The notes under the pieces: generated by a model
What the model saw: only the letters and a program-made list of their open reading frames with translations
Databases searched by the model: none
What the model was told of the DNA's origin: nothing
Part shown: in pieces, positions 53,751-64,000 of the stretch
How positions within the stretch are numbered: position 1 is the stretch's first letter
How the letters are laid out: each line of letters starts with the position of its first letter
Position numbers and translations under genes: made by a program
DNA from: Alphaproteobacteria bacterium
GTDB taxonomy: Bacteria; Pseudomonadota; Alphaproteobacteria; MPNO01; UBA830
Assembly (NCBI GenBank): GCA_964291215.2
Contig: OZ219790.1
Coordinates: 1,888,001-1,952,000, forward strand
DNA length: 64,000 nucleotides
Reading direction: 5' to 3'

Positions 53751-54803
53751 TCACGGCGACACGACCGGAACCCAGAGCACATCCTCGATCCGCGCCGCGC
53801 CGGTTGCAAGCATCACCAGCCGGTCGAAACCCATCGCAATGCCCGCGCAGTCCGGCATCCCGGCCTCGATCGCCTGCAGCAGGTCGTCGTCGGCCGGCCA
53901 TGCCGCCCGGCCTTCGCGCCGGCGCCATTCGGCGGTCTCGGCAAAGCGGCGGCGGTGCTCGGCGGGATCCGTCAGCTCGCCATAGCCGTTGGCGAGTTCG
54001 ACACCGCAAGCAAAGATCTCGAAACGCTCCGCCACCGACGGATCGCCGGGCGCGGTCCGCGCCATCGCGGCCATCGATACCGGCCAGGAATGGAGAATGA
54101 CGGGCACGTCGTGTCCGAGATGCGGCTCGACGCGCTCGAGGAATATCCGGAAGAAAACATCCTCCCAGCTGTCCCCGTCGGCTGCGCGGACGCCGACCGC
54201 GCCGGCTGCCCCGCTGAGGCGGCCGGGCGACGGCTGCCGTGGATCGTCGATCGTCGCCGCAAGCTCGATGCCTGCATGTTCGCGAAAGGCCTCTGCGACG
54301 GTCACCAATCTCCATGGCTCCGACAGGTCGCATTCCACCCCGTCGCGCGACAGCGCGGGACCGGCCAGCGCGCGCACCAGCTCCGCCGCCTCGGTGGCAA
54401 TGTCCCGCCATCCGGCCCCGGCCCGGTACCATTCGAGCATGGAGAATTCCGGATGATGCTTCCACGACCGCTCGCCGTCGCGAAACACTCTCGCCAGCTG
54501 CCAGATCCGGTCCATGCCCGCGACCAGCAGTTTCTTCATCGCGAATTCGGGCGAGGTATGAAGGTACATTCGCCGAACGTCGCCGGCCGGCGACGCCAGC
54601 GCCGTCTCGAACGCAGTCAGGTGCCGTTCGAGGCCCGGCGAGACTTGAAGTGCGGGGGTTTCGACCTCGGCGTAGCCGCGCGCCGAGAAGAACAGGCGGA
54701 GCCGGCGGATCATCTCCTGACGCCGTTCGAGGATCTGCCGCCGCCCCTCGAACAGCGGCGGCTGCCACCATGCCTTGCCTGCAGGCTGTCCGGTGCTATT
54801 CAT
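53751..54803 (-). CDS. epmA: EF-P lysine aminoacylase (GenX/PoxA)
   Basis: EVETP, LHTSPEFAMKKLL, HHPEFSMLEWYR, ELANGYGEL, GFDRL. Confidence 0.96.
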   Translation of the reverse strand: MNSTGQPAGKAWWQPPLFEGRRQILERRQEMIRRLRLFFSARGYAEVETPALQVSPGLERHLTAFETALASPAGDVRRMYLHTSPEFAMKKLLVAGMDRIWQLARVFRDGERSWKHHPEFSMLEWYRAGAGWRDIATEAAELVRALAGPALSRDGVECDLSEPWRLVTVAEAFREHAGIELAATIDDPRQPSPGRLSGAAGAVGVRAADGDSWEDVFFRIFLERVEPHLGHDVPVILHSWPVSMAAMARTAPGDPSVAERFEIFACGVELANGYGELTDPAEHRRRFAETAEWRRREGRAAWPADDDLLQAIEAGMPDCAGIAMGFDRLVMLATGAARIEDVLWVPVVSP

Positions 54804-54858
54804 GTCGCGATAATGCACGATCCCGGCGGCAACCGTCATCCCCTCGCGGAATTCGCAC

Positions 54859-55899
54859 ATGAACCCGATCCCGTCCACATTGCGAACCGGCGCCGAGCTC
54901 GCGGCAGCGGGCCTGATCGAACCGGGCCGGGAAGCGGCCACCGACGCCGTCGGCGCGCGCTACAGCGTCGCGCTCTCCCGGCATCTTGCAGAACTGATCG
55001 ACCGCGCCGATCCCAGCGATCCCATCGCGCGCCAGTTCGTGCCGTCAACCGAGGAGATGGCCGTCGGCGGCGACGAACTCGCGGACCCGATCGGCGACGG
55101 CGTCCGGTCTCCGGTCACGGGACTCATCCACCGCTATCCGGACCGGGTCCTGCTGATGCCGACACTCGCCTGTCCGGTCTACTGCCGGTACTGCTTCCGC
55201 CGCAATCGCGTCGGCCGGGCGTCGGGCGCGCCCGACGCCGGCGAACTCGACGCGGCTTTTGCCTATATCGAGGATCGCGAGGAGATCAGGGAAGTCATCC
55301 TGTCGGGAGGCGATCCGCTCACGCTCTCGGATGCGCGGCTCGCCCGCATCCTGCAAAGGATCGAGGCCGTCGACCACGTCTCGGTCATCCGCATCCACAC
55401 AAGGGCGCCGGTCGCGGTACCGTCGCGCGTGACGCCAAGCCTCATCGACGCCCTGACGCTCCGGAGGCGGCCGTGGATGGTGGTGCACTGCAACCATCCC
55501 CGCGAACTGTCGCCAGAGGTCGAGGCGGCCTTCGCCCGGCTTGCCGGGGCCGGCGTCCCGCTGCTCTCGCAGTCGGTGCTCCTTCGCGGCGTCAATGACG
55601 ACGCGGACACGCTCGCAGAGTTGATGCGGGGTCTCGTGGCGGCGGGGATCAAGCCGTACTACCTCCACCATCCCGACCGGGCCGCAGGCACCGCGCACTT
55701 CCGCCTGCCTCTGGCCGAAGGCCTGGACCTCGTGCGTGCGCTCAGGGGCCGCGTCTCGGGCCTGTGTCAGCCTACATATGTCGTTGACATCCCTGGCGGC
55801 TACGGCAAGGTCCCGGTCCTCGACGCCGTTCCCGGAGACCGCGACGGCGAATGGACGCTCAGGGACTTCACGGGCCGGGAGCACGCCTACACGGACTGA
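54859..55899 (+). CDS. epmB: Lysine 2,3-aminomutase-like radical SAM protein (EF-P modification)
   Basis: HRYPDRVL, CPVYCRYCFRR, SGGDP, QSVLLRGVND, PGGYGK. Confidence 0.92.
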   Translation: MNPIPSTLRTGAELAAAGLIEPGREAATDAVGARYSVALSRHLAELIDRADPSDPIARQFVPSTEEMAVGGDELADPIGDGVRSPVTGLIHRYPDRVLLMPTLACPVYCRYCFRRNRVGRASGAPDAGELDAAFAYIEDREEIREVILSGGDPLTLSDARLARILQRIEAVDHVSVIRIHTRAPVAVPSRVTPSLIDALTLRRRPWMVVHCNHPRELSPEVEAAFARLAGAGVPLLSQSVLLRGVNDDADTLAELMRGLVAAGIKPYYLHHPDRAAGTAHFRLPLAEGLDLVRALRGRVSGLCQPTYVVDIPGGYGKVPVLDAVPGDRDGEWTLRDFTGREHAYTD

Positions 55900-56001
55900 C
55901 CGACAGCGCTCCCGGAGCGGGCAGGTCCCGGCGGTGGCGGCGCGCCGGTTTCGGCTATAGGATCGGCGCCGCCGGGCGCCAGCGGTGACCGGGAGAGGAA
56001 C

Positions 56002-57126
56002 ATGCTGTCATCGATACCTGCCATATTCATGCGCGGCGGCACGTCGCGCGGACTGTATTTCGACCGTGCGGACCTGCCCGAAGACCGCAGCCTCTGGGAC
56101 GGCATCCTGCTGGCGGCATTCGGATCCCCCGACCCGCGCCAGATCGACGGCGTCGGCGGCACCACATCGGTGACCAGCAAGGCCGCCGTTATCTCGCCCT
56201 CCGCCCGCGACGACTGCGACGTGGACTACTTCTTCGCCCAGGTTGCCGTCGACCGGCCGGATGTGGATTACGGCCCTACCTGCGGCAACATGCTTGCCGG
56301 CGTCGGTCCCTACGCGGTCGAGACTGGCATGGTGCCGGGCGCCGACGGGGAGACCAGCGTGCGCATTCACCAGGTCAACACCGGAGGCTTGGTCGAGGCG
56401 GTGGTGCGCACCCCCGGCGGACGGGTCGAGTACGAGGGCGACGAGGTGATAGACGGCGTGCCGGGGACCGGAGCGCCCGTCCTTCTGAACTTCATGCAAG
56501 CGACCGGCTCCCATACCGGAGCGCTCTTTCCGAGTGGCGAGCGCCAGGAGGAGATCGACGGCATTGCCGTCACGCTCGTGGATGCGGCCATGCCGGTCAT
56601 GATCCTGCGCGCCGCCGATGTCGGCAAGACCGGACGCGAGACCGCGGCCGAGCTCGGCTCGGACCGCGCCTTCTTCGACCGGGTCGAGCCCATGCGCCGG
56701 GAGGCCGGGCGGCGCATGGAACTCGGAGACGTTCGCGGCAAGGTCGTGCCCAAGATCATCATCGCCGCGCCGGCGGTGGACGGCGGAACGATCGCATCGA
56801 GGTATTTCGTGCCCGACCGGCCCCACGAGACCCATGCCATCACCGGCGGAATTGCGCTCGCCTTCGCGGCGCTGTCTGACGGCACCGTGGTCCAGCCGCT
56901 GGCCGACCGCCTGCCGGCGGCCGGGCGCCCGGTGTTCTCGATCGAACATCCCGCGGGCCGCCTCGATCTGGTGCTGACCCTCGGCGAGGATGCGCCCGAA
57001 CCCGGAATCGAGGCTGCCGGGACGGTGCGCACCGCCCGCATGATCATGCGCGGAAGCGTGATGGTGCCGGAAAGGCTGCTGACCCTGACGGGCAGGCCCG
57101 GGCGTGCGGTCGACGCGATCCCGTGA
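56002..57126 (+). CDS. PrpF-family protein (4-oxalomesaconate tautomerase-like)
   Basis: MRGGTSRG, QIDGVGG..TSK, CGNML, IEHPAG, RTAR. Confidence 0.9.
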   Translation: MLSSIPAIFMRGGTSRGLYFDRADLPEDRSLWDGILLAAFGSPDPRQIDGVGGTTSVTSKAAVISPSARDDCDVDYFFAQVAVDRPDVDYGPTCGNMLAGVGPYAVETGMVPGADGETSVRIHQVNTGGLVEAVVRTPGGRVEYEGDEVIDGVPGTGAPVLLNFMQATGSHTGALFPSGERQEEIDGIAVTLVDAAMPVMILRAADVGKTGRETAAELGSDRAFFDRVEPMRREAGRRMELGDVRGKVVPKIIIAAPAVDGGTIASRYFVPDRPHETHAITGGIALAFAALSDGTVVQPLADRLPAAGRPVFSIEHPAGRLDLVLTLGEDAPEPGIEAAGTVRTARMIMRGSVMVPERLLTLTGRPGRAVDAIP

Positions 57127-57465
57127 CCGGTCGGCGCGTCCGGAATTCGCTCCGCAGGAGGGTATTTCCCGGAGCTGGCAGGCTGCGCCACGGCAACGAA
57201 AACCACGGCCGGCGCAGTTGAACCGCGCTGACCGACCTTGGCCCTTTCGCCGCGGGCCATCGCACGGTCGCCGGTCTGCCGCTCCCGCGGAGAGCAACGG
57301 CCGATTGTCCGCCCCGCCCTTCATTGCCCGCGCAACCCCGGAACACGCGCCCGTCCCGACTGTGCCGCACGGAGCGTTACGGGGCGAACCGCGCTTCCGA
57401 ATTGCCTGGCCCGGCGCAGGCTGATAGTTTGGCCCACCCTCCGGCAGCCGACCACGGAAGACACC

Positions 57466-58032
57466 ATGAAGATTCAGGCCAACACCATTCGTGCGGGGAA
57501 CGTCATCGAGCATGACGGCAAGCAGTGGAACGTGATGAAGATCGAACTGCTGCTGCCCGGCAAGGGCAACGCCTTCATCCAGGTCGAGATGCGCGACGTG
57601 CGGACCGGGAACAAGGCGAACGAGCGGTTCCGCACCTCGGAGACCGTCGAGAAGCTCATGGTCGAGGAGAGGGAGTGCACCTTTCTCTATGCCGAAGGCG
57701 ACAAGCTGACCTTCATGGACAGCGAGACCTACGACCAGTTCGAGCTCTCGCGCGACACCATCGGCGGCGCCGCCTCGTTCCTGCAGGAAGGGATGGCGGT
57801 CACCGCGAACACCATCGAGGGCGCGCTCGCCGGCATTCGCCCGCCCCAGCACGTCGCGATGGAGGTCGTCGAGGCTGATCCCGTGGTCAAGGGCCAGACC
57901 GCCTCGTCCTCTTACAAGCCGGCCATCATCGAAAACGGCGTGCGCGTGATGGTGCCGCCGCACATCGAGGCGGGCACGCGCATCGTCGTCAACACCGAGG
58001 ACGCCTCCTACGTCGAGCGCGCCAAGGACTGA
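57466..58032 (+). CDS. efp: Elongation factor P
   Basis: PGKG loop, KGQTASSSYKPA, YVERA. Confidence 0.97.
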   Translation: MKIQANTIRAGNVIEHDGKQWNVMKIELLLPGKGNAFIQVEMRDVRTGNKANERFRTSETVEKLMVEERECTFLYAEGDKLTFMDSETYDQFELSRDTIGGAASFLQEGMAVTANTIEGALAGIRPPQHVAMEVVEADPVVKGQTASSSYKPAIIENGVRVMVPPHIEAGTRIVVNTEDASYVERAKD

Positions 58033-58090
58033 CCGCGTGGCCGATACCGGATCCCGCAACGAGCCGCATCACTGACGAGGCAAGGATGCG

Positions 58091-58912
58091 ATGGCACGGC
58101 CGGGTCCCCTGATCAACCTGATGGAGAAGGCGGCGCGCAAGGCGGCGCGGCCTCTCATGCGCGATTTCGGGGAGGTCGAGCAACTCCAGGTCTCCGTCAA
58201 GGGCCCCGGCGACTTCGTTACCGAGGCCGACCGTCGCACCGAGAGCATTCTCCGCGAAGAGCTCCACAAGGCCCGCCCCGAGTTTGGCTTCCTCATGGAG
58301 GAGGCAGGCGCCGTCGCAGGGTCCGGACAAGATCGCCGCTGGATCATCGACCCCATCGACGGCACGACCAACTTCCTGCACGGCATCCCCCATTTCGCCA
58401 TCTCCATTGCCGCAGAGAGCGAGGGAGAACTGGTGGCCGGGCTCATCTTCGAGCCGCTGCGCAACGAGATGTTCTGGGCGGAGCGCGGCCAGGGCGCCTA
58501 CATGAACCGTTACCGGCTGCGCGCGTCGGAACGGGGACGGCTGGCGGATGCCCTGCTAGCGACCGGCATCCCTTTCGGGGCCCGCGCAGGCAAGAAGGCC
58601 TTCACGACCATGCTCGGGGCCGCCATGGACCGCACCGCGGGCGTCAGGCGCTTCGGCGCGGCCTCCCTCGACCTCGCATATGTCGCGGCCGGCCGCTTTG
58701 ACGGCTTCTGGGAAGTCGGCCTGTCGCCATGGGATGTCGCCGCCGGCATCATCATCGTTCGCGAATCCGGCGGGATGGTCAGCGAGATCGGCGGCGGTTC
58801 CAAAATGTTGCACGGCAACACGATTCTTGCTACCAACCCGCGCCTGTACAACGACATTCGCAGACTTTTGACTGAGGCTGTCCAGAACCGCGGCCTCGAG
58901 TTCACAGATTGA
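58091..58912 (+). CDS. suhB: Inositol monophosphatase family protein SuhB
   Basis: DFVTEAD, WIIDPIDGTTNF, WDVAAG. Confidence 0.94.
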   Translation: MARPGPLINLMEKAARKAARPLMRDFGEVEQLQVSVKGPGDFVTEADRRTESILREELHKARPEFGFLMEEAGAVAGSGQDRRWIIDPIDGTTNFLHGIPHFAISIAAESEGELVAGLIFEPLRNEMFWAERGQGAYMNRYRLRASERGRLADALLATGIPFGARAGKKAFTTMLGAAMDRTAGVRRFGAASLDLAYVAAGRFDGFWEVGLSPWDVAAGIIIVRESGGMVSEIGGGSKMLHGNTILATNPRLYNDIRRLLTEAVQNRGLEFTD

Positions 58913-59099
58913 TAGGCGGGGACCAGGTACTGTCCCGACCGGCGCCGGAAACCGGAAGGGGCCGGCCACCCGGTCACCCAGTACTCTTGCCGGGCGCGGG
59001 CACAAACCGGCCGGGGGTCGAACCCGGCTCGAGTTCGGGAATAGCGGTGTCAGCCTGCAGGAGGCCCCCGGTGGCAAAACCAGAGGACGGAAGCGACCG

Positions 59100-60254
59100 A
59101 TGACCCATCCGCAACGCTACCTGTTCCGCATGACCGGGTTCCTTGCTGCCGTCGCAATCGGCATAGCCCTGTTGTCCGAGGGCGTCAGCGACAGCTTCAT
59201 GGCCAACCCCGGCCTCAACGGGCTCATCCTCGGGGTGCTTTTCCTCGGCATAGTCTACATCTACCACACGGTGACCGTGCTCATCAGCGATGTCGGCTGG
59301 CTGGAGAATTTCCGCGCAGAACAGGCCGGCGTGCTTGCAGACGGGCGCGAGCGGAATCCAAGGATGCTGGCCCCGATGGCAGCAATGCTGGGAAACGGCG
59401 CCGAGCCGTTCAGGATGTCCTCTACGGCCATGCGCTCACTGCTCGACGGTATCTTCTCCCGGCTCGCCGAGTCGCGCGAGATCTCGCGCTACCTTATCGG
59501 TCTCCTCATATTCCTAGGCCTGCTGGGAACCTTCTGGGGGCTGCTGAAGACCATCGGAGCAGTTGGCGACGTAGTCGGCGGCCTGACCGTGGAAGGCAGC
59601 AACATGGAGACGGTCTTCGCCGACCTCAAGGCCGGGTTGCAGTCTCCCATGGCGGGAATGGCCACCGCGTTCTCGTCTTCGCTGTTCGGACTCGCCGGCT
59701 CGCTCGTGCTGGGTTTCCTCGAACTTCAGGCCGGACAGGCCCAGAATCGTTTCTCCAACGAACTCGAGGACTGGCTCTCGGGACAGGTCCGCCTCGGGAC
59801 GGGCGAAGCGAGAGCGGCTGGAGAAGCTTCCGTTCCGGCGTATATCGAGGCTCTCCTAGAGCAGACATCGGACAATCTGGAGAATCTCGAGCGCACGCTG
59901 CAGCGCGGCGAGGAAGCCCGCATCAGCGCCAACACCAGCATTACCGAACTCGCCGAGCATATCGGTGTGATCAGCGAACAGATGAAGCAGCAACAGCCGC
60001 TGTTGTCGCGGCTCACCGAAGCCCAACTCGAGATCAAGGTGGTCCTGGACCAGATGGCAGCGATTCTCTCGCGTCCAGGGTTTGGGGACGCCAGCGACGA
60101 AATTCGGGGCCATCTGCGGAGCATCGACAACCATTTCACCCGGATGCTTGACGAATCGGTCAAGGGACGGGCCCAAGTCGTCGAGGATCTCCGCAGCGAG
60201 ATCCGCGTACTGTCGCGCACCCTCGCCGCAGCGGCCGAACAGGCGCGGCGCTAG
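59100..60254 (+). CDS. MotA/TolQ/ExbB-like membrane protein with a long C-terminal helical tail
   Basis: LGLLGTFWGL and GMATAFSSSLFGL TM motifs. Confidence 0.85.
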   Translation: MTHPQRYLFRMTGFLAAVAIGIALLSEGVSDSFMANPGLNGLILGVLFLGIVYIYHTVTVLISDVGWLENFRAEQAGVLADGRERNPRMLAPMAAMLGNGAEPFRMSSTAMRSLLDGIFSRLAESREISRYLIGLLIFLGLLGTFWGLLKTIGAVGDVVGGLTVEGSNMETVFADLKAGLQSPMAGMATAFSSSLFGLAGSLVLGFLELQAGQAQNRFSNELEDWLSGQVRLGTGEARAAGEASVPAYIEALLEQTSDNLENLERTLQRGEEARISANTSITELAEHIGVISEQMKQQQPLLSRLTEAQLEIKVVLDQMAAILSRPGFGDASDEIRGHLRSIDNHFTRMLDESVKGRAQVVEDLRSEIRVLSRTLAAAAEQARR

Positions 60255-60277
60255 GCAGGTTCCGGGAGCCGCCCGAG

Positions 60278-62050
60278 ATGGCACGCATCCCCGAGCGGCA
60301 ACGACAGACGCCGGACATCTGGCCGGGCTTCGTCGACGCCCTGGCGGCGCTGCTGGTGGTGATCATCTTTCTCGTGATGATCTTTACCGTAGCGCAGTTT
60401 TTTCTCAGCGACGTTCTTGTAGGGCGTGAAAGGGCTCTCGACGATCTGAAGCGGGAGGTCACCACAGTATCCGAACTCCTGTCGCTCGAACGGACGAAGG
60501 CAAGCCGAGCGCGCGAGGATCTTGAGCAGCAAATCGCGGATCTCGGACAGCAAATTGCCGAGCGCGACGAGACCATAGCCCGTCTGATCGCAAGTTCGAA
60601 GGAACTCATCGCCCTGCTGTCCATAGAGAAGGAGCGGTACCGGGAGGCGGCAGCAGACGCCAAGACCACGAAGCAGGCGCTCGAACAGACGCGCTCCGAA
60701 CTGAAGGAAGAGCAGGACGTCAGCGCGGAAGTACGCAGGCAGATCGAAATTCTCAGTATTCTGCTTGCGGAAATCCGCGGTGACCTCGCGAGACGTACCG
60801 AGACCGTCTCGCAGTTGACCGCCAAGTCGGAAGAGCTGACGACGGCCCTGACTGCCGAAAGGGAACGGTCGGGGACGGCTGAGAAGGTCCTGGATGCGAC
60901 GGCGCGATTGCTTGAAAAGGCGCGTGCCGAACTGGCCGCCGAAAAGAAGGCCAGCGCCGAAGCCCTCGAGGAAATCAGGTCGCTGACAGCCCGGGCGGCG
61001 GCGCTTCAGCAAGATCTCGCGGACCGCGCCGAGACAATCGCCCGGTCGCGCGCCAGTTCCCGGCAGCTACAGGCGCTGCTGGCCGCCGAAAGGGAAAGAT
61101 CCGCAAGAGCCGAAGCGGAACTCGAAGCCAGGGCGCGCACGATCGCGCAGACGCGCAGCGAGCTCGCCAAGGCGCGCGAGGCCGGCGCGCAGGCCCGCAC
61201 GGAGATAGAGGTGTCGACCGCCTTGACGGAAACCCTTCACCAAGAGATCGCCGAACATCGGCAGGCCATCTCGATCCTCGGTATCCGTTCTCAGGAACTC
61301 TCGGATCTGCTGGCGGCCGAGGAGGAGCGGGCGGACAGGGCCGAAAAAGAGGCCGAATCGAAAGGACGCGCTCTGGAGCGGGAGCGCGTCCGTCTCGCCG
61401 AAGAGCGTGAAATCGGCGCCGCGGCACGCAAACGGGCAGAGGCCGTAGCGGAGCAGGTTGCGGCGCTGCGCCGGGAACTTGCCATGGTCAACACGGCGCT
61501 CGAGGCGTCCGAAACCAGGGAAGACGCAAGGTTGGCGGAAATCGTCGATCTTGAAGAACGACTCGGCCGGGCGCTCATCTCCAGGGTCGCCGAACTGGCA
61601 CGATACCGGTCCGAGTTCTTTGGCAAGCTGCGCGAGGTGCTCGGCAACCAGGAAGGCATCCGGATCGTGGGTGACCGCTTCGTGGTGCAGTCGGAGATAC
61701 TGTTCGATTCGGGATCGACGGACTTTAGCGAGAACGCGCTCGTACAGATCAACGGGCTGGCGAACACGCTGAAGGACGTCTCGGCGCGTATTCCCGATAG
61801 CGTGGACTGGGTGCTCCGGATCGATGGTCATACCGACCGCATTCCGATCAATACACCGGCATTTCCCTCGAACTGGGAACTGTCCACCGGACGGGCAATT
61901 GCCGTGGTGCGTCAACTGATCGACCGTGGGATACCCGCCGATCGGCTGTTTGCGGCCGGCTTCGGATCCAACCACCCCATCGCCAAGGATAACACCGTGG
62001 ACGCCTACCGCCTCAACCGGCGAATCGAGCTCAAGCTTACCCAGCGCTGA
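60278..62050 (+). CDS. MotB/OmpA-family peptidoglycan-binding protein with a long coiled coil
   Basis: WPGFVDAL TM with the conserved Asp, GHTD, NWELSTGRA, NRRIE. Confidence 0.9.
   Translation: MARIPERQRQTPDIWPGFVDALAALLVVIIFLVMIFTVAQFFLSDVLVGRERALDDLKREVTTVSELLSLERTKASRAREDLEQQIADLGQQIAERDETIARLIASSKELIALLSIEKERYREAAADAKTTKQALEQTRSELKEEQDVSAEVRRQIEILSILLAEIRGDLARRTETVSQLTAKSEELTTALTAERERSGTAEKVLDATARLLEKARAELAAEKKASAEALEEIRSLTARAAALQQDLADRAETIARSRASSRQLQALLAAERERSARAEAELEARARTIAQTRSELAKAREAGAQARTEIEVSTALTETLHQEIAEHRQAISILGIRSQELSDLLAAEEERADRAEKEAESKGRALERERVRLAEEREIGAAARKRAEAVAEQVAALRRELAMVNTALEASETREDARLAEIVDLEERLGRALISRVAELARYRSEFFGKLREVLGNQEGIRIVGDRFVVQSEILFDSGSTDFSENALVQINGLANTLKDVSARIPDSVDWVLRIDGHTDRIPINTPAFPSNWELSTGRAIAVVRQLIDRGIPADRLFAAGFGSNHPIAKDNTVDAYRLNRRIELKLTQR
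60554..61477 (+). repeat. Four degenerate 77-aa (231-nt) intragenic repeats
   Basis: Units begin IAERDETI, LARRTETV, LADRAETI and IAEHRQAI, each exactly 77 aa apart. Confidence 0.8.
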
Positions 62051-62127
62051 AACCCGCCGGCGCCTGGACAGGAACAGCGCGAGCAAACGCTGCGGCCGGT
62101 CCGCGCCGCAGCCGCCGCGCGGGACGG

Positions 62128-62637
62128 TCAGTTCGGCGCACGCTCGAATGTCACGAAGGAATAGTCGTGGTCGTCGCCATCGCCCGCGGGGCGGCGCTCA
62201 CGCGAGACCTCCCGCCATTCGGCGCCGAGAGGCAGAGGAAATGTCACAGTGCCCTCAGCCGCGGCATGCACCTCGGTCATGTAGATGATGTCGGCCATGT
62301 TCATCGCCTCGCGGTAGACCTCCGCGCCGCCAATGACGAGAATTTCGTCCGCCCCGAGTTCCACGGCAGCGGTGGCACCGAGATCAAGCGCCGCTCGCAA
62401 GTCGGGTACCGCGTCGACGGCACCGGACAGGCGCGTGGAATCGCGCGTGATCACGATGTTCCGGCGGCCGGGGAGCGGCCGTCCTATCGACTGGTAGGTC
62501 TTGCGGCCCATCACCACGGGTTTTCCGATGGTCAGCGCCCGAAACCGCCACAGGTCGCCGGACAGGCGCCAGGGCAGCCCCCCGTCCCTGCCGATGACGC
62601 CGTTTCCGGCGACGGCGGCAATTATCGCAACGCGCAA
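62128..62637 (-). CDS. folA: Dihydrofolate reductase
   Basis: NGVIG..LPW..D, MGRKT, RPLPGRRNIV, IGGA. Confidence 0.96.
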   Translation of the reverse strand: MRVAIIAAVAGNGVIGRDGGLPWRLSGDLWRFRALTIGKPVVMGRKTYQSIGRPLPGRRNIVITRDSTRLSGAVDAVPDLRAALDLGATAAVELGADEILVIGGAEVYREAMNMADIIYMTEVHAAAEGTVTFPLPLGAEWREVSRERRPAGDGDDHDYSFVTFERAPN

Positions 62638-62646
62638 GACGGACCT

Positions 62647-63441
62647 TCAGACCGCAACGGCTGCCGGGATATGGGGATGGAACCTGTACTCCTCGAGGGA
62701 GAAATCCTCGTAACGGAAACCGAAGATGTCGCGGATTTCGGGATTGATGCGCATCGCGGGCAGAGGATGGGGTTCGCGTTCGACCTGTTCATCCGCCTGT
62801 TCGAGATGGTTGGCATAGAGATGGGCATCGCCGAGGGTATGGACGAATTCTCCGGCCTCGAGGCCGGTTATCTGGGCCACCATCATGGTCAGCAGCGCGT
62901 ACGAGGCGATATTGAACGGCACGCCGAGGAAGATGTCCGCACTGCGTTGGTAGAGCTGGCAGGAGAGGCGGCCTTCGGCAACATGAAACTGGAAGAGGCA
63001 GTGGCACGGCGGCAGGGCCATGCGGCCGATATCGGCCACGTTCCAGGCGCTGACGATCAGGCGCCGCGACGCGCCGTCGACCCTGATTGCCTCCACCACG
63101 CGCGAAATCTGGTCGATCTCGGCGCTGTCACCGCCCTTCCAGGAGCGCCACTGCGCGCCATAGACCGGCCCCAGATCGCCGTCTTCGTCAGCCCATTCGT
63201 TCCAGATCGAAACGCCGTTCTCGTTGAGATAGCCGATATTGGTGTCGCCGCGCAGGAACCACAGCAGCTCGTGAATCACCGACTTGACATGAATCCTCTT
63301 GGTGGTCACGAGCGGAAATCCGTGCGCGAGGTCGAAACGCATCTGGTGGCCGAAGACGCTGTATGTTCCGGTACCCGTGCGATCGTCCCTGTAGACGCCG
63401 GTGTCGCGCACGCGGCGAAGAAGTTCGAGATACTGTTCCAT
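62647..63441 (-). CDS. thyA: Thymidylate synthase
   Basis: DRTGTGT, ELLWFL, ALPPCH, YQRSAD.FLGVPFN. Confidence 0.98.
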   Translation of the reverse strand: MEQYLELLRRVRDTGVYRDDRTGTGTYSVFGHQMRFDLAHGFPLVTTKRIHVKSVIHELLWFLRGDTNIGYLNENGVSIWNEWADEDGDLGPVYGAQWRSWKGGDSAEIDQISRVVEAIRVDGASRRLIVSAWNVADIGRMALPPCHCLFQFHVAEGRLSCQLYQRSADIFLGVPFNIASYALLTMMVAQITGLEAGEFVHTLGDAHLYANHLEQADEQVEREPHPLPAMRINPEIRDIFGFRYEDFSLEEYRFHPHIPAAVAV

Positions 63442-63920
63442 GCCTCACTTTTGTTCCCGCAGCCCAGACTGCCAGTGCACCGGAATCCCGGGCGGGCGGA
63501 CCGGCGCGTAACACCTGCCCCGGCGTCAACCGACGCAGCCGATCCCGGTCAGCCCTATCGTTATCCCTGGAGGCCAGCGGATCAAGCAGAATACGCCGTT
63601 GCGGGCGATCTTCCCACCCGTTCCCCCGGGGGATCCACAGCTTGTCAACAGGGCGAAACCGTCGAACCGCTCCGGACCGGCAAGCCACGGCATCGCTCCA
63701 GTCTGGCCGGGGTTCCGCAGTCCACCCGATCTTGCTGGCAACCGGTACGGGTGTGGCCGTTCCGGACCTCGGACAGGCGCAGGCGCACGATTCCGCCCTT
63801 GCAGGGCCCGATTTTCTGTGACAGCCGGCGCCATCCGACCGTTGCCTTCGCTGCCGGCTTCGGCGGCCACGGTCAGCGGCCACTCGCTGGCCCGGAGGCA
63901 GAAAGCCCCTTCTTCGGCGT

Positions 63921-64000
63921 CTACAGCCGCGCATCGACGATGCGGGCGATCAATCCGTCGAATTCCCGTCGCGTGATGAAGCGGTGCTCGACGCAGTATT
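63921..64000 (-). CDS. Probable 3' end of a gene entering from the right edge; product unknown
   Basis: ..YCVEHRFITRREFDGLIARIVDARL* with host-like GC3 codon usage; too short to identify. Confidence 0.35.
   Translation of the reverse strand, partial: YCVEHRFITRREFDGLIARIVDARL

Noticed and set aside
56008-58059. 683-aa minus-strand ORF (likewise 20696-22285, 34099-35670, 53955-55598)
   Set aside because: Shadows of well-supported genes on the opposite strand or in another frame.
59100-62050. Zorya (zorAB) defence system
   Set aside because: No zorC, zorD or zorE; housekeeping context after efp-suhB; host-like composition.
63450-63920. DnaA-box-like words (GGATCCACA, TTGTCAACA) upstream of thyA as an origin
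   Set aside because: Only mismatched boxes, no AT-rich unwinding element and no origin-linked genes.

Overview
GC-rich alphaproteobacterial (Rhodospirillales-like, inferred from gene order) chromosomal segment. Most of it is conserved housekeeping backbone: uvrB, cinA, uvrC-pgsA-mobB-moeA-moaD-moaE, ilvE/MarR, thiD-glmM-folP-ftsH-tilS, tol-pal, ruvCAB-yebC, ymdB-ygfA-zapA, fbaB-thiE, epmA/epmB/efp-suhB, a MotA/MotB-like pair, and folA-thyA. Two accessory patches interrupt it. (i) 1-12.3 kb: a frameshifted DUF499 defence-type ATPase, a recD2 fragment, a methyltransferase, and an AbiE type IV toxin-antitoxin locus whose upstream inverted repeat was hit by two independent copies of a decayed IS66-family element, each carrying a DNA-adenine-methylase-like leader ORF. 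(ii) 45.8-49.3 kb: IS30 and IS1634 remnants, a truncated ParB-family gene and a gene with a HEPN-like RxxxxH motif. At least three ~180-195 bp MITE families are present. The most unusual signal is a stereotyped 5-7 bp deletion signature in the mobile and defence DNA. No tRNA, rRNA or CRISPR array was recognised. All calls come from reading the sequence and recognising families; no database search was run.
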